Notes: generated from the letters alone by a model not told the origin. Positions 1 through 9,757 are shown, numbered from the stretch's first letter. The stretch: 25,496 nucleotides of DNA from a virus (IMGVR_UViG_2724679539_000001:1-25496), one strand, 5' to 3'. Numbers and translations are program-made.

Positions 1-458
1 TTTCTAACCTGTACGGTATGGTCACCGGGATGGCGGAAGATCTGCAGAGTCTGGTCGGTGGAACGGTGGTCCGGCGTAAGGTTTACGCCCGTTTTCTGGA
101 TGCGGTGAACTTCGTCAACGGAAACAGTGGCGCCGATCCGGAGCAGGAGGTGATCAGCCGCTGGCGCATTGAGCAGTGCAGCGAACTGAGCGCGGTGAGT
201 GCCTCTTTTGTACTGTCCACGCCGACGGAAACGGACGGTGCTGTTTTTCCGGGACGTATCATGCTGGCCAACACCTGCACCTGGACCTATCGCGGTGATG
301 AGTGCGGTTATCACGGTCCGGCAGTCGCGGATGAATATGACCAGCCAACGTCCGATATCACGAAGGATAAATGCAGCAAATGCCTGAGCGGTTGTAAGTT
401 CCGCAATAACGTCGGCAACTTTGGCGGCTTCCTTTCCATTAACAAACTTTCGCAGTAA
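1..458 (+). CDS. L: Tail tip protein L (lambda gpL-like), 5'-truncated by the window edge; reading frame begins at position 3
   Basis: Translation SNLYGMVTGMAEDLQSLVGG... to ...FLSINKLSQ matches the C-terminal ~150 aa of lambda L as recalled, including the Cys-rich region (CGYHG, CSKCLSGC). Gene order L-K-I-J follows. Confidence 0.88.
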   Translation, partial: SNLYGMVTGMAEDLQSLVGGTVVRRKVYARFLDAVNFVNGNSGADPEQEVISRWRIEQCSELSAVSASFVLSTPTETDGAVFPGRIMLANTCTWTYRGDECGYHGPAVADEYDQPTSDITKDKCSKCLSGCKFRNNVGNFGGFLSINKLSQ

Positions 459-463
459 ATCCC

Positions 464-1207
464 ATGACACAGACAGAATCAGCGATTCTGGCGCACGCCC
501 GGCGATGTGCGCCAGCGGAGTCGTGCGGCTTCGTGGTAAGCACGCCGGAGGGGGAAAGATATTTTCCCGGCGTGAATATTTCCGGTGAGCCGGAGGATTA
601 TTTCCGGATGGCTCCGGAGGACTGGCTGCAGGCAGAAATGCAGGGTGAGATTGTGGCGCTGGTCCACAGCCACCCCGGTGGTCTGCCCTGGCAGAGTGAG
701 GCTGACCGGCGGCTGCAGGTGCAGAGTGATTTGCCGTGGTGGCTGGTCTGCCGGGGGGCGATTCATAAGTTCCGCTGTGTGCCGCATCTCACCGGGCGGC
801 GCTTTGAGCACGGGGTGACGGACTGTTACACGCTGTTCCGGGATGCTTATCATCTGGCGGGGATTGAGATGCCGGATTTTCATCGCGGGGATGACTGGTG
901 GCGTCACGGTCAGAATCTCTATCTGGATAATCTGGAGGCCACAGGGCTGTATCAGGTGCCGTTGTCAGCGGCGCAGCCGGGCGATGTGCTGCTGTGCTGT
1001 TTTGGTTCATCGGTGCCGAATCATGCCGCCATTTACTGTGGTGACGGTGAGCTGCTGCACCATATTCCTGAACAACTGAGCAAACGAGAGAGGTACACCG
1101 ACAAATGGCAGCGACGCACACACTCCCTCTGGCGTCACCGGGCATGGCGCGCATCTGCCTTTACGGGGATTTACAACGATTTGGTCGCCGCATCGACCTT
1201 CGTGTGA
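464..1207 (+). CDS. K: Tail tip assembly protein K (lambda gpK-like; MPN/JAMM plus NlpC/P60 domains)
   Basis: 247-aa ORF with JAMM motif HSHPGGLPWQSEAD and an NlpC/P60-like Cys/His region (DCYTLFRDAYHLAG ... HAAIY). Overlaps I by 103 bp as in lambda. Classic lambda annotation starts at the internal ATG at 608 (199 aa). Confidence 0.88.
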   Translation: MTQTESAILAHARRCAPAESCGFVVSTPEGERYFPGVNISGEPEDYFRMAPEDWLQAEMQGEIVALVHSHPGGLPWQSEADRRLQVQSDLPWWLVCRGAIHKFRCVPHLTGRRFEHGVTDCYTLFRDAYHLAGIEMPDFHRGDDWWRHGQNLYLDNLEATGLYQVPLSAAQPGDVLLCCFGSSVPNHAAIYCGDGELLHHIPEQLSKRERYTDKWQRRTHSLWRHRAWRASAFTGIYNDLVAASTFV

Positions 1208-1776
1208 AAACGGGGGCTGAAGCCATCCGGGCACTGGCCACACAGCTCCCGGCGTTTCGTCAGAAACTGAGCGACGGCTGGTATCAGGTACGGATTGCCG
1301 GGCGGGACGTCAGCACGTCCGGGTTAACGGCGCAGTTACATGAGACTCTGCCTGATGGCGCTGTGATTCATATTGTTCCCAGAGTCGCCGGGGCCAAGTC
1401 AGGTGGCGTATTCCAGATTGTCCTGGGGGCTGCCGCCATTGCCGGATCATTCTTTACCGCCGGAGCCACCCTTGCAGCATGGGGGGCAGCCATTGGGGCC
1501 GGTGGTATGACCGGCATCCTGTTTTCTCTCGGTGCCAGTATGGTCCTCGGTGGTGTGGCGCAGATGCTGGCACCGAAAGCCAGAACTCCCCGTACACAGA
1601 CAACGGATAACGGTAAGCAGAACACCTATTTCTCCTCACTGGATAACATGGTTGCCCAGGGCAATGTTCTGCCTGTTCTGTACGGGGAAATGCGCGTGGG
1701 GTCACGCGTGGTTTCTCAGGAGATCAGCACGGCAGACGAAGGGGACGGTGGTCAGGTTGTGGTGATTGGTCGCTGA
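1105..1776 (+). CDS. I: Tail tip assembly protein I (lambda gpI-like)
   Basis: 223-aa ORF beginning MAATHTLPLASPGMARICLYGDLQRF, with a Gly/Ala-rich hydrophobic C-terminal half. Position between K and J and the 60-bp gap to J match my recollection of lambda. Confidence 0.88.
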   Translation: MAATHTLPLASPGMARICLYGDLQRFGRRIDLRVKTGAEAIRALATQLPAFRQKLSDGWYQVRIAGRDVSTSGLTAQLHETLPDGAVIHIVPRVAGAKSGGVFQIVLGAAAIAGSFFTAGATLAAWGAAIGAGGMTGILFSLGASMVLGGVAQMLAPKARTPRTQTTDNGKQNTYFSSLDNMVAQGNVLPVLYGEMRVGSRVVSQEISTADEGDGGQVVVIGR

Positions 1777-1794
1777 TGCAAAATGTTTTATGTG

Positions 1795-1816
1795 AAACCG
1801 CCTGCGGGCGGTTTTG
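1795..1816 (+). terminator. Stem-loop between I and J (AAACCGCC-tgcg-GGCGGTTT, then TGTCATTT)
   Basis: 8-bp inverted repeat with 4-nt loop and a T-rich tail in the I-J gap; could be an attenuator or RNA structure. Mirror copy at 23681-23702 on the minus strand. Confidence 0.35.
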
Positions 1817-1836
1817 TCATTTATGGAGCGTGAGGA

Positions 1837-4800
1837 ATGAGTAAAGGAAGCAGTAAGGGGCATACCCCGCGCGAAGCGAAGGACAACCTGAAGTCCACGC
1901 AGTTGCTGAGTGTGATCGATGCCATCAGCGAAGGGCCGGTTGAAGGTCCGGTGGATGGATTAAAAAGCGTGCTGCTGAACAGTACGCCGGTGCTGGACAC
2001 TGAGGGGAATACCAACATCTCCGGTGTCACGGTGGTGTTCCGTGCCGGTGAGCAGGAGCAGACACCGCCGGAGGGGTTTGAATCCTCCGGCTCCGAGACG
2101 GTGTTGGGTACGGAAGTGAAATACGACACGCCGATCACCCGCGCCATCACGTCGGCAAACATCGACCGACTGCGCTTTACCTTCGGTGTGCAGGCACTGG
2201 TGGAAACCACCTCAAAGGGGGACCGGAATCCGTCGGAAGTTCGCCTGCTGGTTCAGATACAGCGTAATGGTGGCTGGGTGACGGAAAAAGATATCACCAT
2301 TAAGGGCAAAACCACCTCGCAGTATCTGGCCTCGGTGGTGGTGGATAACCTGCCGCCGCGCCCGTTTAATATCCGGATGCGCAGAATGACGCCGGACAGC
2401 ACCACAGACCAGCTGCAGAACAAAACGCTCTGGTCGTCATACACCGAAATCATCGATGTGAAACAGTGCTACCCGAACACGGCACTGGTCGGCGTGCAGG
2501 TGGATTCGGAGCAGTTCGGCAGCCAGCAGGTGAGCCGTAATTATCATCTTCGCGGGCGCATTCTGCAGGTGCCGTCGAATTATAACCCGCAGACGCGGCA
2601 ATACAGCGGTATCTGGGACGGAACGTTTAAGCCAGCATACAGCAACAACATGGCCTGGTGTCTGTGGGATATGCTGACCCATCCGCGCTACGGCATGGGG
2701 AAACGTCTTGGTGCGGCGGATGTGGACAAATGGGCGCTGTATGTCATCGGCCAGTACTGCGACCAGTCAGTGCCGGACGGCTTTGGCGGCACGGAGCCGC
2801 GCATCACCTGTAATGCGTACCTGACCACACAGCGCAAGGCGTGGGACGTTCTCAGTGATTTCTGCTCGGCGATGCGCTGTATGCCGGTATGGAACGGGCA
2901 GACGCTGACGTTCGTGCAGGACCGACCGTCGGATAAGGCGTGGACCTATAACCGCAGTAATGTGGTGATGCCGGATGATGGCGCGCCGTTCCGCTACAGC
3001 TTCAGCGCCCTGAAAGACCGCCATAATGCCGTTGAGGTGAACTGGATTGACCCGAACAACGGCTGGGAGACGGCGACAGAGCTTGTTGAAGATACGCAGG
3101 CCATTGCCCGTTACGGTCGTAATGTTACGAAGATGGATGCCTTTGGCTGTACCAGCCGGGGGCAGGCACACCGCGCCGGGCTGTGGCTGATTAAAACGGA
3201 GCTGCTGGAGACGCAGACCGTGGATTTCAGCGTCGGCGCAGAAGGGCTTCGCCATGTACCGGGCGATGTTATTGAAATCTGCGATGATGACTATGCCGGT
3301 ATCAGCACCGGTGGTCGTGTGCTGGCGGTGAACAGCCAGACCCGGACGCTGACGCTCGACCGTGAAATCACGCTGCCATCCTCCGGTACCACGCTGATAA
3401 GCCTGGTTGACGGAAGTGGCAATCCGGTCAGCGTGGAGGTTCAGTCCGTCAACGACGGCGTGAAGGTAAAAGTGAGCCGTGTTCCTGAGGGTGTTGCTGA
3501 ATACAGCGTATGGGGGCTGAAGCTGCCGACGCTGCGCCAGCGCCTGTTCCGCTGCGTGAGTATCCGTGAGAACGACGACGGCACGTATGCCATCACCGCC
3601 GTGCAGCATGTGCCGGAAAAAGAGGCCATCGTGGATAACGGGGCGCACTTTGACGGCGAACAGAGTGGCACGGTGAATGGTGTCACGCCGCCAGCGGTGC
3701 AGCACCTGACCGCAGAAGTCACTGCAGACAGCGGGGAATATCAGGTGCTGGCGCGATGGGACACACCGAAGGTGGTGAAGGGCGTGAGCTTCCTGCTCCG
3801 TCTGACCGTAACAGCGGACGACGGCAGTGAGCGGCTGGTCAGCACGGCCCGGACGACGGAAACCACATACCGCTTCACGCAACTGGCGCTGGGGAACTAC
3901 AGGCTGACAGTCCGGGCGGTAAATGCGTGGGGGCAGCAGGGCGATGCGGCGTCGGTATCGTTCCGGATTGCCGCACCGGCAGCACCGTCGAGGATTGAGC
4001 TGACGCCGGGCTATTTTCAGATAACCGCCACGCCGCATCTTGCCATTTATGACCCGACGGTACAGTTTGAGTTCTGGTTCTCGGAAAAGCGGATTACCGA
4101 TATCAGGCAGGTTGAAACCACAGCCCGCTATCTTGGCACGGCGCTGTACTGGATAGCCGCCAGTATCAATATCAAACCGGGCCATGATTATTATTTTTAC
4201 ATCCGCAGTGTGAACACCGTTGGCAAATCGGCATTTGTGGAGGCTGTTGGCCAGCCGAGTGATGATGCATCCGGCTATCTGGATTTTTTCAAAGGAGAGA
4301 TAGGGAAAAGCCATCTGGCTCAGGAGCTGTGGACGCAGATTGATAACGGTCAGCTTGCGCCTGACCTGGCTGAAATCAGGACGTCCATTACGGATGTCAG
4401 CAATGAAATCACGCAGACCGTCAATAAGAAACTGGAAGACCAGAGTGCGGCAATTCAGCAGATACAGAAGGTTCAGGTTGATACAAATAATAACCTGAAC
4501 AGCATGTGGGCTGTGAAGCTGCAGCAGATGCAGGACGGACGCCTTTATATCGCGGGTATTGGTGCCGGTATTGAGAATACCCCTGACGGTATGCAGAGTC
4601 AGGTGCTGCTGGCGGCGGACAGGATTGCGATGATTAATCCTGCGAATGGCAACACAAAGCCGATGTTTGTTGGTCAGGGCGATCAGATATTTATGAATGA
4701 AGTGTTCCTGAAATATCTGACGGCTCCCACCATTACCAGCGGCGGTAATCCTCCGGCATTTTCCCTGACACCGGACGGGCGGCTGACGGCAAAAAATGCC

Positions 4801-5316
4801 GATATCAGCGGTAACGTGAATGCGAACTCCGGGACGCTCAACAACGTCACGATTAACGAGAACTGCCGGGTTCTGGGAAAACTGTCCGCGAACCAGATTG
4901 AAGGCGATCTCGTTAAAACAGTGGGCAAAGCTTTCCCCCGTGACTCCCGTGCACCGGAACGGTGGCCATCAGGGACCATTACCGTCAGGGTTTATGACGA
5001 TCAGCCGTTTGACCGGCAGATTGTTATTCCAGCGGTGGCTTTCAGCGGTGCCAGACATGAACGGGAGAATAGCGATACTTATTCGTCATGCCGCCTGATA
5101 GTGAAGAAAAACGGGGCTGAAATTTATAACCGAACGGCTCTGGATAATACTCTGATTTACACGGGTGTTATTGATATGCCTGCAGGCAGTGGCGTAATGA
5201 CACTGGAGTTTTCGGTATCAGCATGGTGGGTAAATGGCTGGTATCCCACAGCAAGTATCAGCGATTTGCTGGTTGTGGTGATGAAGAAAGCCACCGCAGG
5301 CATCAGTATCAGCTGA
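1837..5316 (+). CDS. J: Tail tip attachment / host specificity protein J (lambda gpJ-like)
   Basis: 1159-aa ORF starting [34 protein letters not shown], near-identical to the lambda J N-terminus as recalled. Preceded by GAGG RBS. Fibronectin-like central repeats and a C-terminal receptor-binding region. Confidence 0.95.
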   Translation: MSKGSSKGHTPREAKDNLKSTQLLSVIDAISEGPVEGPVDGLKSVLLNSTPVLDTEGNTNISGVTVVFRAGEQEQTPPEGFESSGSETVLGTEVKYDTPITRAITSANIDRLRFTFGVQALVETTSKGDRNPSEVRLLVQIQRNGGWVTEKDITIKGKTTSQYLASVVVDNLPPRPFNIRMRRMTPDSTTDQLQNKTLWSSYTEIIDVKQCYPNTALVGVQVDSEQFGSQQVSRNYHLRGRILQVPSNYNPQTRQYSGIWDGTFKPAYSNNMAWCLWDMLTHPRYGMGKRLGAADVDKWALYVIGQYCDQSVPDGFGGTEPRITCNAYLTTQRKAWDVLSDFCSAMRCMPVWNGQTLTFVQDRPSDKAWTYNRSNVVMPDDGAPFRYSFSALKDRHNAVEVNWIDPNNGWETATELVEDTQAIARYGRNVTKMDAFGCTSRGQAHRAGLWLIKTELLETQTVDFSVGAEGLRHVPGDVIEICDDDYAGISTGGRVLAVNSQTRTLTLDREITLPSSGTTLISLVDGSGNPVSVEVQSVNDGVKVKVSRVPEGVAEYSVWGLKLPTLRQRLFRCVSIRENDDGTYAITAVQHVPEKEAIVDNGAHFDGEQSGTVNGVTPPAVQHLTAEVTADSGEYQVLARWDTPKVVKGVSFLLRLTVTADDGSERLVSTARTTETTYRFTQLALGNYRLTVRAVNAWGQQGDAASVSFRIAAPAAPSRIELTPGYFQITATPHLAIYDPTVQFEFWFSEKRITDIRQVETTARYLGTALYWIAASINIKPGHDYYFYIRSVNTVGKSAFVEAVGQPSDDASGYLDFFKGEIGKSHLAQELWTQIDNGQLAPDLAEIRTSITDVSNEITQTVNKKLEDQSAAIQQIQKVQVDTNNNLNSMWAVKLQQMQDGRLYIAGIGAGIENTPDGMQSQVLLAADRIAMINPANGNTKPMFVGQGDQIFMNEVFLKYLTAPTITSGGNPPAFSLTPDGRLTAKNADISGNVNANSGTLNNVTINENCRVLGKLSANQIEGDLVKTVGKAFPRDSRAPERWPSGTITVRVYDDQPFDRQIVIPAVAFSGARHERENSDTYSSCRLIVKKNGAEIYNRTALDNTLIYTGVIDMPAGSGVMTLEFSVSAWWVNGWYPTASISDLLVVVMKKATAGISIS

Positions 5317-5335
5317 ATTTTATAACCCCAATACG

Positions 5336-5359
5336 GGCGTCAGAAATGACGCCTTTTTT
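5336..5359 (+). terminator. Rho-independent terminator downstream of J
   Basis: GGCGTCA-gaaa-TGACGCC followed by TTTTTT. Mirror copy at 20138-20161 on the minus strand. Confidence 0.65.
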
Positions 5360-5383
5360 ATTGCAGAAAAGCGAGAGGTAATT

Positions 5384-5983
5384 ATGCGTAAATTATGTGC
5401 TGTTATTCTGTCCGCAGTAGTCTGGCTGGTTGCCGCTGGTACGCCAGCGAGCGCAGCAGAGCATCAGTCCACACTAAGCGCCGGGTATCTTCAGGCCCAT
5501 ACTGATATGCCAGGCAGTGATGACCTGAAGGGCATTAACGTGAAATACCGTTATGAATTTACGGACACGCTGGGGCTGGTGACGTCATTCAGTTATGCCA
5601 ATGCCAAAGATGAGCAAAAAACGCATTACAGCGATACCCGCTGGCATGAAGATTCCGTGCGTAACCGCTGGTTCAGCATGATGGCGGGGCCATCTGTACG
5701 CGTGAATGAATGGTTCAGTGCTTATGCGATGGCAGGTGTGGCTTACAGCCGTGTTTCGACGTTCTCCGGGGATTATCTCCGCGTAACTGACAACAAGGGG
5801 AAAACGCACGATGTGCTGACCGGAAGTGATGACGATCGCCACAGCAACACGTCTCTGGCGTGGGGAGCTGGCGTGCAGTTTAACCCGACCGAATCCGTGG
5901 CCATTGATATTGCTTATGAAGGCTCCGGCAGTGGCGACTGGCGCACTGACGGTTTCATCGTGGGTGTCGGTTATAAGTTCTGA
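5384..5983 (+). CDS. lom: Lom-like outer membrane protein (Ail/Lom/PagC beta-barrel family)
   Basis: 199-aa ORF with signal peptide MRKLCAVILSAVVWLVAAGTPASA and a C-terminal aromatic residue (…VGYKF) typical of OMP barrels. Closely resembles lambda Lom; sits directly after J as in lambda. Confidence 0.9.
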   Translation: MRKLCAVILSAVVWLVAAGTPASAAEHQSTLSAGYLQAHTDMPGSDDLKGINVKYRYEFTDTLGLVTSFSYANAKDEQKTHYSDTRWHEDSVRNRWFSMMAGPSVRVNEWFSAYAMAGVAYSRVSTFSGDYLRVTDNKGKTHDVLTGSDDDRHSNTSLAWGAGVQFNPTESVAIDIAYEGSGSGDWRTDGFIVGVGYKF

Positions 5984-6009
5984 TTAGCCAGGTAACACAG
6001 TGTTATGAC

Positions 6010-6036
6010 AGCCCGCCGGTTCAGGCGGGCTTTTTT
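6010..6036 (+). terminator. Rho-independent terminator downstream of lom
   Basis: AGCCCGCC-ggttca-GGCGGGCT followed by TTTTTT. Mirror copy at 19461-19487 on the minus strand. Confidence 0.7.
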
Positions 6037-6047
6037 GTGGAGTGGAT

Positions 6048-8429
6048 ATGGCAGCAGTAAAAATCTCAGGTGTGCTGAAAGATGGTGCGGGAAAACCAAT
6101 ACAGAACTGCACTATTCAACTGAAGGCAAAGCGTAACAGCACCACGGTACTGGTGAACACGGTGGCCTCTGAAAATCCGGATGAAGCCGGGCGTTACAGC
6201 ATGGATGTTGAGTATGGTCAGTACAGCGTCACCCTGCTGGTTGAAGGTTTTCCGCCTTCACATGCCGGGACCATTACCGTCTATGAAGGTTCCAGACCAG
6301 GTACGCTGAATGATTTTCTCGGTGCCATGACGGAAGATGATGTCATGCCGGAGGCATTGCGTCGTTTTGAGGAAATGGTGGAAGAAGCGGCACGCAACGC
6401 TGAAGCCGCCTCTCAGAGCGCAGCGGCGGCAAAGAAATCCGAAACTGCAGCGGCATCATCGAAGAACGCGGCGAAAACCTCAGAAACGAATGCAGCTAAC
6501 AGCGCACAGGCGGCAGCGGCCTCGCAGACTGCATCGGCAAACTCCGCAACAGCAGCTAAAAAATCAGAAACCAACGCGAAAAATAGCGAGACAGCCGCAA
6601 AGACGAGCGAAACCAACGCAAAGTCCAGCCAGACGGCAGCGAAGACCAGCGAAACGAATGCCAAAGCCAGTGAAACTGCGGCAAAAAACAGCCAGGTTGC
6701 AGCAGCCCAAAGCGAGAGCGCGGCAGCCGGTTCTGCGACTTCAGCAGCTGGATCAGCAACTGCTACGGCTAACAGCCAGAAAGCTGCGAAGACGAGTGAA
6801 ACTAACGCAAAGTCCAGCCAGACGGCAGCGAAGACCAGCGAAACGAATGCCAAAGCCAGTGAAACTGCGGCGAAAAGCAGTCAGGATGCAGCGGCTCAAA
6901 GCGAGAGTGCCGCAGCCAGTTCTGCAAGCGCGGCGGCTGCTTCTGCCACTGCATCAGCCAACAGTCAAAAAGCAGCAAAAACCAGTGAAACCAATGCAAA
7001 GGCGAGCGAGACTGCGGCGGCTAACTCGGCGAAAGCATCCGCAGCAAGCCAGACGGCTGCAAAAGCAAGTGAAGACGCAGCCAGAGAGTATGCAAGCCAG
7101 GCTGCGGAGCCGTATAAACAAGTTTTGCAGCCGCTTCCCGATGTGTGGATACCATTTAACGATTCGCTGGATATGATTACGGGCTTTTCGCCGTCATATA
7201 AAAAGATTGTTATTGGTGATGATGAAATAACGATGCCTGGCGATAAGGTTGTAAAGTTTAAACGCGCATCAAAAGCAACTTACATTAATAAATCTGGTGT
7301 GCTGACAGAGGCTGCCATTGACGAGCCACGGTTTGAACGTGATGGCCTGCTTATTGAGGGGCAAAGAACTAATCTTCTGCTTAATTCAACAAATCCATCT
7401 AAATGGAATAAGTCAGGCAATCTGGAACTCACAGAAATATCCACGGATTCATTTAATTTTACTTATGGGAGATTTACTGTAAAAGATACTCTTATTGATC
7501 AGACAAGTGCGATTAATATCGCAACGGTTTCTGGCAGTAAAGGATTTGATGTCACAGGTGATGAAAAATATGTGACCATTTCATGCCGTGTCAGAAGTGA
7601 TGTTGAAAATATAAGGTGTCGTTTAAGATTTGAACATCATGATGGTTCTACTTACACTTTTTTGGGAGATGCTTACCTCAATTTATCAACACTTGTAATT
7701 GATAAGACTGGTGGTGCAGCAAATCGTATTATTGCAAAAGCTGTAAAAGATGAGGCTACTGGTTGGATTTTCTATCAGGCTACAATTAATGCACTAGATA
7801 CAGAGAGCATGATTGGTGCGATGGTTCAATATGCTCCAGTAAAAGGTTCAGGCACAGCATCTGGAGACTATCTGGATATCGCAACTCCACAAGTGGAAGG
7901 TGGATCAAGTGCTTCGTCATTTATTGTAACTGATATAACTGCAAGCACTCGCGCAAGCGATATGGTGACAGTCCCAATCAAGAATAACCTTTATAATCTT
8001 CCTTTTACGGTTCTTTGTGAGGTACATAAGAACTGGTATAAAACGCCAAATGCAGCACCGCGTGTTTTTGATACCGGCGGTCATCAAACCGGAGCGGCTA
8101 TTATTCTTGGCTTCGGTCGTTCAACAGATTACGACGGATTTCCTTATTGTGATATAGGTTTGGCTAACAGACGGGTAAACGAAAACGCATCGCTTGAAAA
8201 AATGGTTATGGGGATGCGTGTAAAGTCAGATCAGTCTACGTGCTCAGTAAGTAACGGGCGTATATCCAGCGAAACAAAAACCACATGGTCTTATATTCAG
8301 AACACCGCAATTATCCGTATTGGAGGCCAGACTACAGCCGGGTTACGTCATTTGTTTGGACACATCAGGAATTTCAGAATATGGCATAAAGAATTAACTG
8401 ATGCGCAAATGGGGGAGAGTATTAAATGA
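6048..8429 (+). CDS. stf: Side tail fibre protein with Stf-like N-terminal domain, Ala/Ser/Thr-rich repeat shaft and divergent AT-rich C-terminal domain
   Basis: N-terminus MAAVKISGVLKDGAGKPIQNCTIQLKAKRNSTTVLVNTVASENPDEAGRYSMDVEYGQYSV matches lambda Stf as recalled. The ORF track starts at GTG 6042; ATG at 6048 with GGAG 5 nt upstream is the more likely start. Confidence 0.85.
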   Translation: MAAVKISGVLKDGAGKPIQNCTIQLKAKRNSTTVLVNTVASENPDEAGRYSMDVEYGQYSVTLLVEGFPPSHAGTITVYEGSRPGTLNDFLGAMTEDDVMPEALRRFEEMVEEAARNAEAASQSAAAAKKSETAAASSKNAAKTSETNAANSAQAAAASQTASANSATAAKKSETNAKNSETAAKTSETNAKSSQTAAKTSETNAKASETAAKNSQVAAAQSESAAAGSATSAAGSATATANSQKAAKTSETNAKSSQTAAKTSETNAKASETAAKSSQDAAAQSESAAASSASAAAASATASANSQKAAKTSETNAKASETAAANSAKASAASQTAAKASEDAAREYASQAAEPYKQVLQPLPDVWIPFNDSLDMITGFSPSYKKIVIGDDEITMPGDKVVKFKRASKATYINKSGVLTEAAIDEPRFERDGLLIEGQRTNLLLNSTNPSKWNKSGNLELTEISTDSFNFTYGRFTVKDTLIDQTSAINIATVSGSKGFDVTGDEKYVTISCRVRSDVENIRCRLRFEHHDGSTYTFLGDAYLNLSTLVIDKTGGAANRIIAKAVKDEATGWIFYQATINALDTESMIGAMVQYAPVKGSGTASGDYLDIATPQVEGGSSASSFIVTDITASTRASDMVTVPIKNNLYNLPFTVLCEVHKNWYKTPNAAPRVFDTGGHQTGAAIILGFGRSTDYDGFPYCDIGLANRRVNENASLEKMVMGMRVKSDQSTCSVSNGRISSETKTTWSYIQNTAIIRIGGQTTAGLRHLFGHIRNFRIWHKELTDAQMGESIK
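6596..6929 (+). repeat. Internal tandem direct repeat inside stf (period 189 bp = 63 aa; two near-identical units with a 63-bp perfect core)
   Basis: 6621-6683 is identical to 6810-6872 (aagtccagccagacggcagcgaagaccagcgaaacgaatgccaaagccagtgaaactgcggc); flanks are ~85% identical. Encodes repeating KTSETNAK(A/S)S(E/Q)TAAK motifs. Confidence 0.85.
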
Positions 8430-8707
8430 AAGATTTAACACTCAAATTTGCAGACAGGGCCGACTTTTCGGCCTTTATGGAGAGTGCTGGCTATTATGAT
8501 GACGAGTCGATGCAGGATGATATTCTTATTGACGTGATAGGTAACGTGTACAAAGAAACCGGAGAACTTACTGAAGATGGCGAGCCGGTATGTGTTAAGG
8601 AAGACGGATATTTTGTAAACGTGCGCATCATTAATGATGTGAAAACACCGTCAATATTCGATGAATACGTGGTTGCTGTTGAGCATCAACTTCGTGGCTG
8701 GATGTGA
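8426..8707 (+). CDS. Hypothetical protein (93 aa), acidic, translationally coupled to stf (ATGA overlap)
   Basis: ORF with ATG overlapping the stf stop; AT-rich codon usage like its neighbours; no recognisable motif. Confidence 0.55.
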   Translation: MKDLTLKFADRADFSAFMESAGYYDDESMQDDILIDVIGNVYKETGELTEDGEPVCVKEDGYFVNVRIINDVKTPSIFDEYVVAVEHQLRGWM

Positions 8708-8716
8708 GGAAGAATA

Positions 8717-9757
8717 ATGGCTACATCGACAGTAATTCCTGATGACATCAAAACGCTAAAATCCGATGTTAGCAAATTAAAAAACGATCAAGGAAGCTAC
8801 GTAACAAAATCATATGTAGACAGCAAAAATGAAACCGTTAATGACTGGTCTGCTGCATGGTATCAGCAGGTACTGCCAACTAGCGGAGCTATATTTGGGC
8901 GAAAACTTCGCTCAACTCACAGGACGGCAGGTGTTGAGGATGCGTATTGCGAACTATACCTTAAAAAATGGATAGACAGCCCAGGGAACGCAATGGCGCG
9001 CCTTAACCTGAACGATAACGGTGAAAATATTTGCTGGGATTTTACCAACCTTTACGGCGGAACAATGATCTTCCCTGGTACTTCAGGCTATCTGAAAATG
9101 GGGAACTGTCTCATGTCGTATAGTGTGCGGGGAAGTAACGCGCTTATTAAGTTTGATTACACCGACACATTACAGATCAAATATGCTAATCATGGGTCAA
9201 CCATGACATTAACCACACAGGGATCCGCTCACGCTGGCGTAACAACTAGACTATGGGGTAATTCTAGCCGTCCGGTTGTTTATGAAGTTGGCGTAGATGA
9301 GGCTCTGTATATGTTCTACGCACAGAAAACTACCAGCAATACCTACGAATTAACGGTTAACGGCGCGTGCAATGCAAGTGCATTTAATCAAGGCTCTGAC
9401 CGGGATCTGAAAGACAATATTCAGGTGATCGATAATGCAACCGACCGCATTCGTAAAATGAACGGCTATACATACACGCTTAAAGAAAACGGTATGCCTT
9501 ACGCTGGTGTTATTGCACAAGAAACCCTGGAAGCCATCCCCGAAGCCGTAGGGTCTATGATGAAATATCCAGACGGCGGGAGTGGATTAGATGGAGAAGA
9601 AGGTGAACGGTATTACACAGTAGATTATTCTGGTGTTACTGGCTTGCTTGTTCAGGTAGCCAGAGAGTCGGACGACAGAATAACAGCACTGGAAGAAGAA
9701 AACGCAGAATTAAGACAAAGATTATCTGCAATTGAGGCGGCGCTTGCGTCTAAATAA
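8717..9757 (+). CDS. Tail fibre/tailspike-like protein with C-terminal peptidase S74 intramolecular chaperone (autoproteolytic) domain
   Basis: 346-aa ORF with GAGGA RBS. C-terminal region SDRDLKDNIQVIDNATDRIRKMNGYTYTLKENG...AGVIAQE followed by a coiled-coil tail (ITALEEENAELRQRLSAIEAALASK) fits the S74 chaperone signature with a Ser-x4-Lys dyad. Confidence 0.7.
   Translation: MATSTVIPDDIKTLKSDVSKLKNDQGSYVTKSYVDSKNETVNDWSAAWYQQVLPTSGAIFGRKLRSTHRTAGVEDAYCELYLKKWIDSPGNAMARLNLNDNGENICWDFTNLYGGTMIFPGTSGYLKMGNCLMSYSVRGSNALIKFDYTDTLQIKYANHGSTMTLTTQGSAHAGVTTRLWGNSSRPVVYEVGVDEALYMFYAQKTTSNTYELTVNGACNASAFNQGSDRDLKDNIQVIDNATDRIRKMNGYTYTLKENGMPYAGVIAQETLEAIPEAVGSMMKYPDGGSGLDGEEGERYYTVDYSGVTGLLVQVARESDDRITALEEENAELRQRLSAIEAALASK

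Noticed and set aside
2767-4314. 515-aa ORF on the minus strand inside J (mirror copy 21183-22730 on the plus strand)
   Set aside because: Antisense to a confidently identified lambda-J-like gene. The Arg/Pro/Cys-rich, low-complexity translation is typical of a spurious open frame in GC-rich coding DNA.
6337-7176. 279-aa Arg/Gln-rich ORF (plus strand) and 146-aa Ala/Phe-rich ORF (6413-6853, minus strand) overlapping the stf repeat region
   Set aside because: Alternative frames of the GC-rich, repetitive Ala/Ser/Thr-coding shaft. The Stf frame has a clear N-terminal homology and RBS; these have neither.
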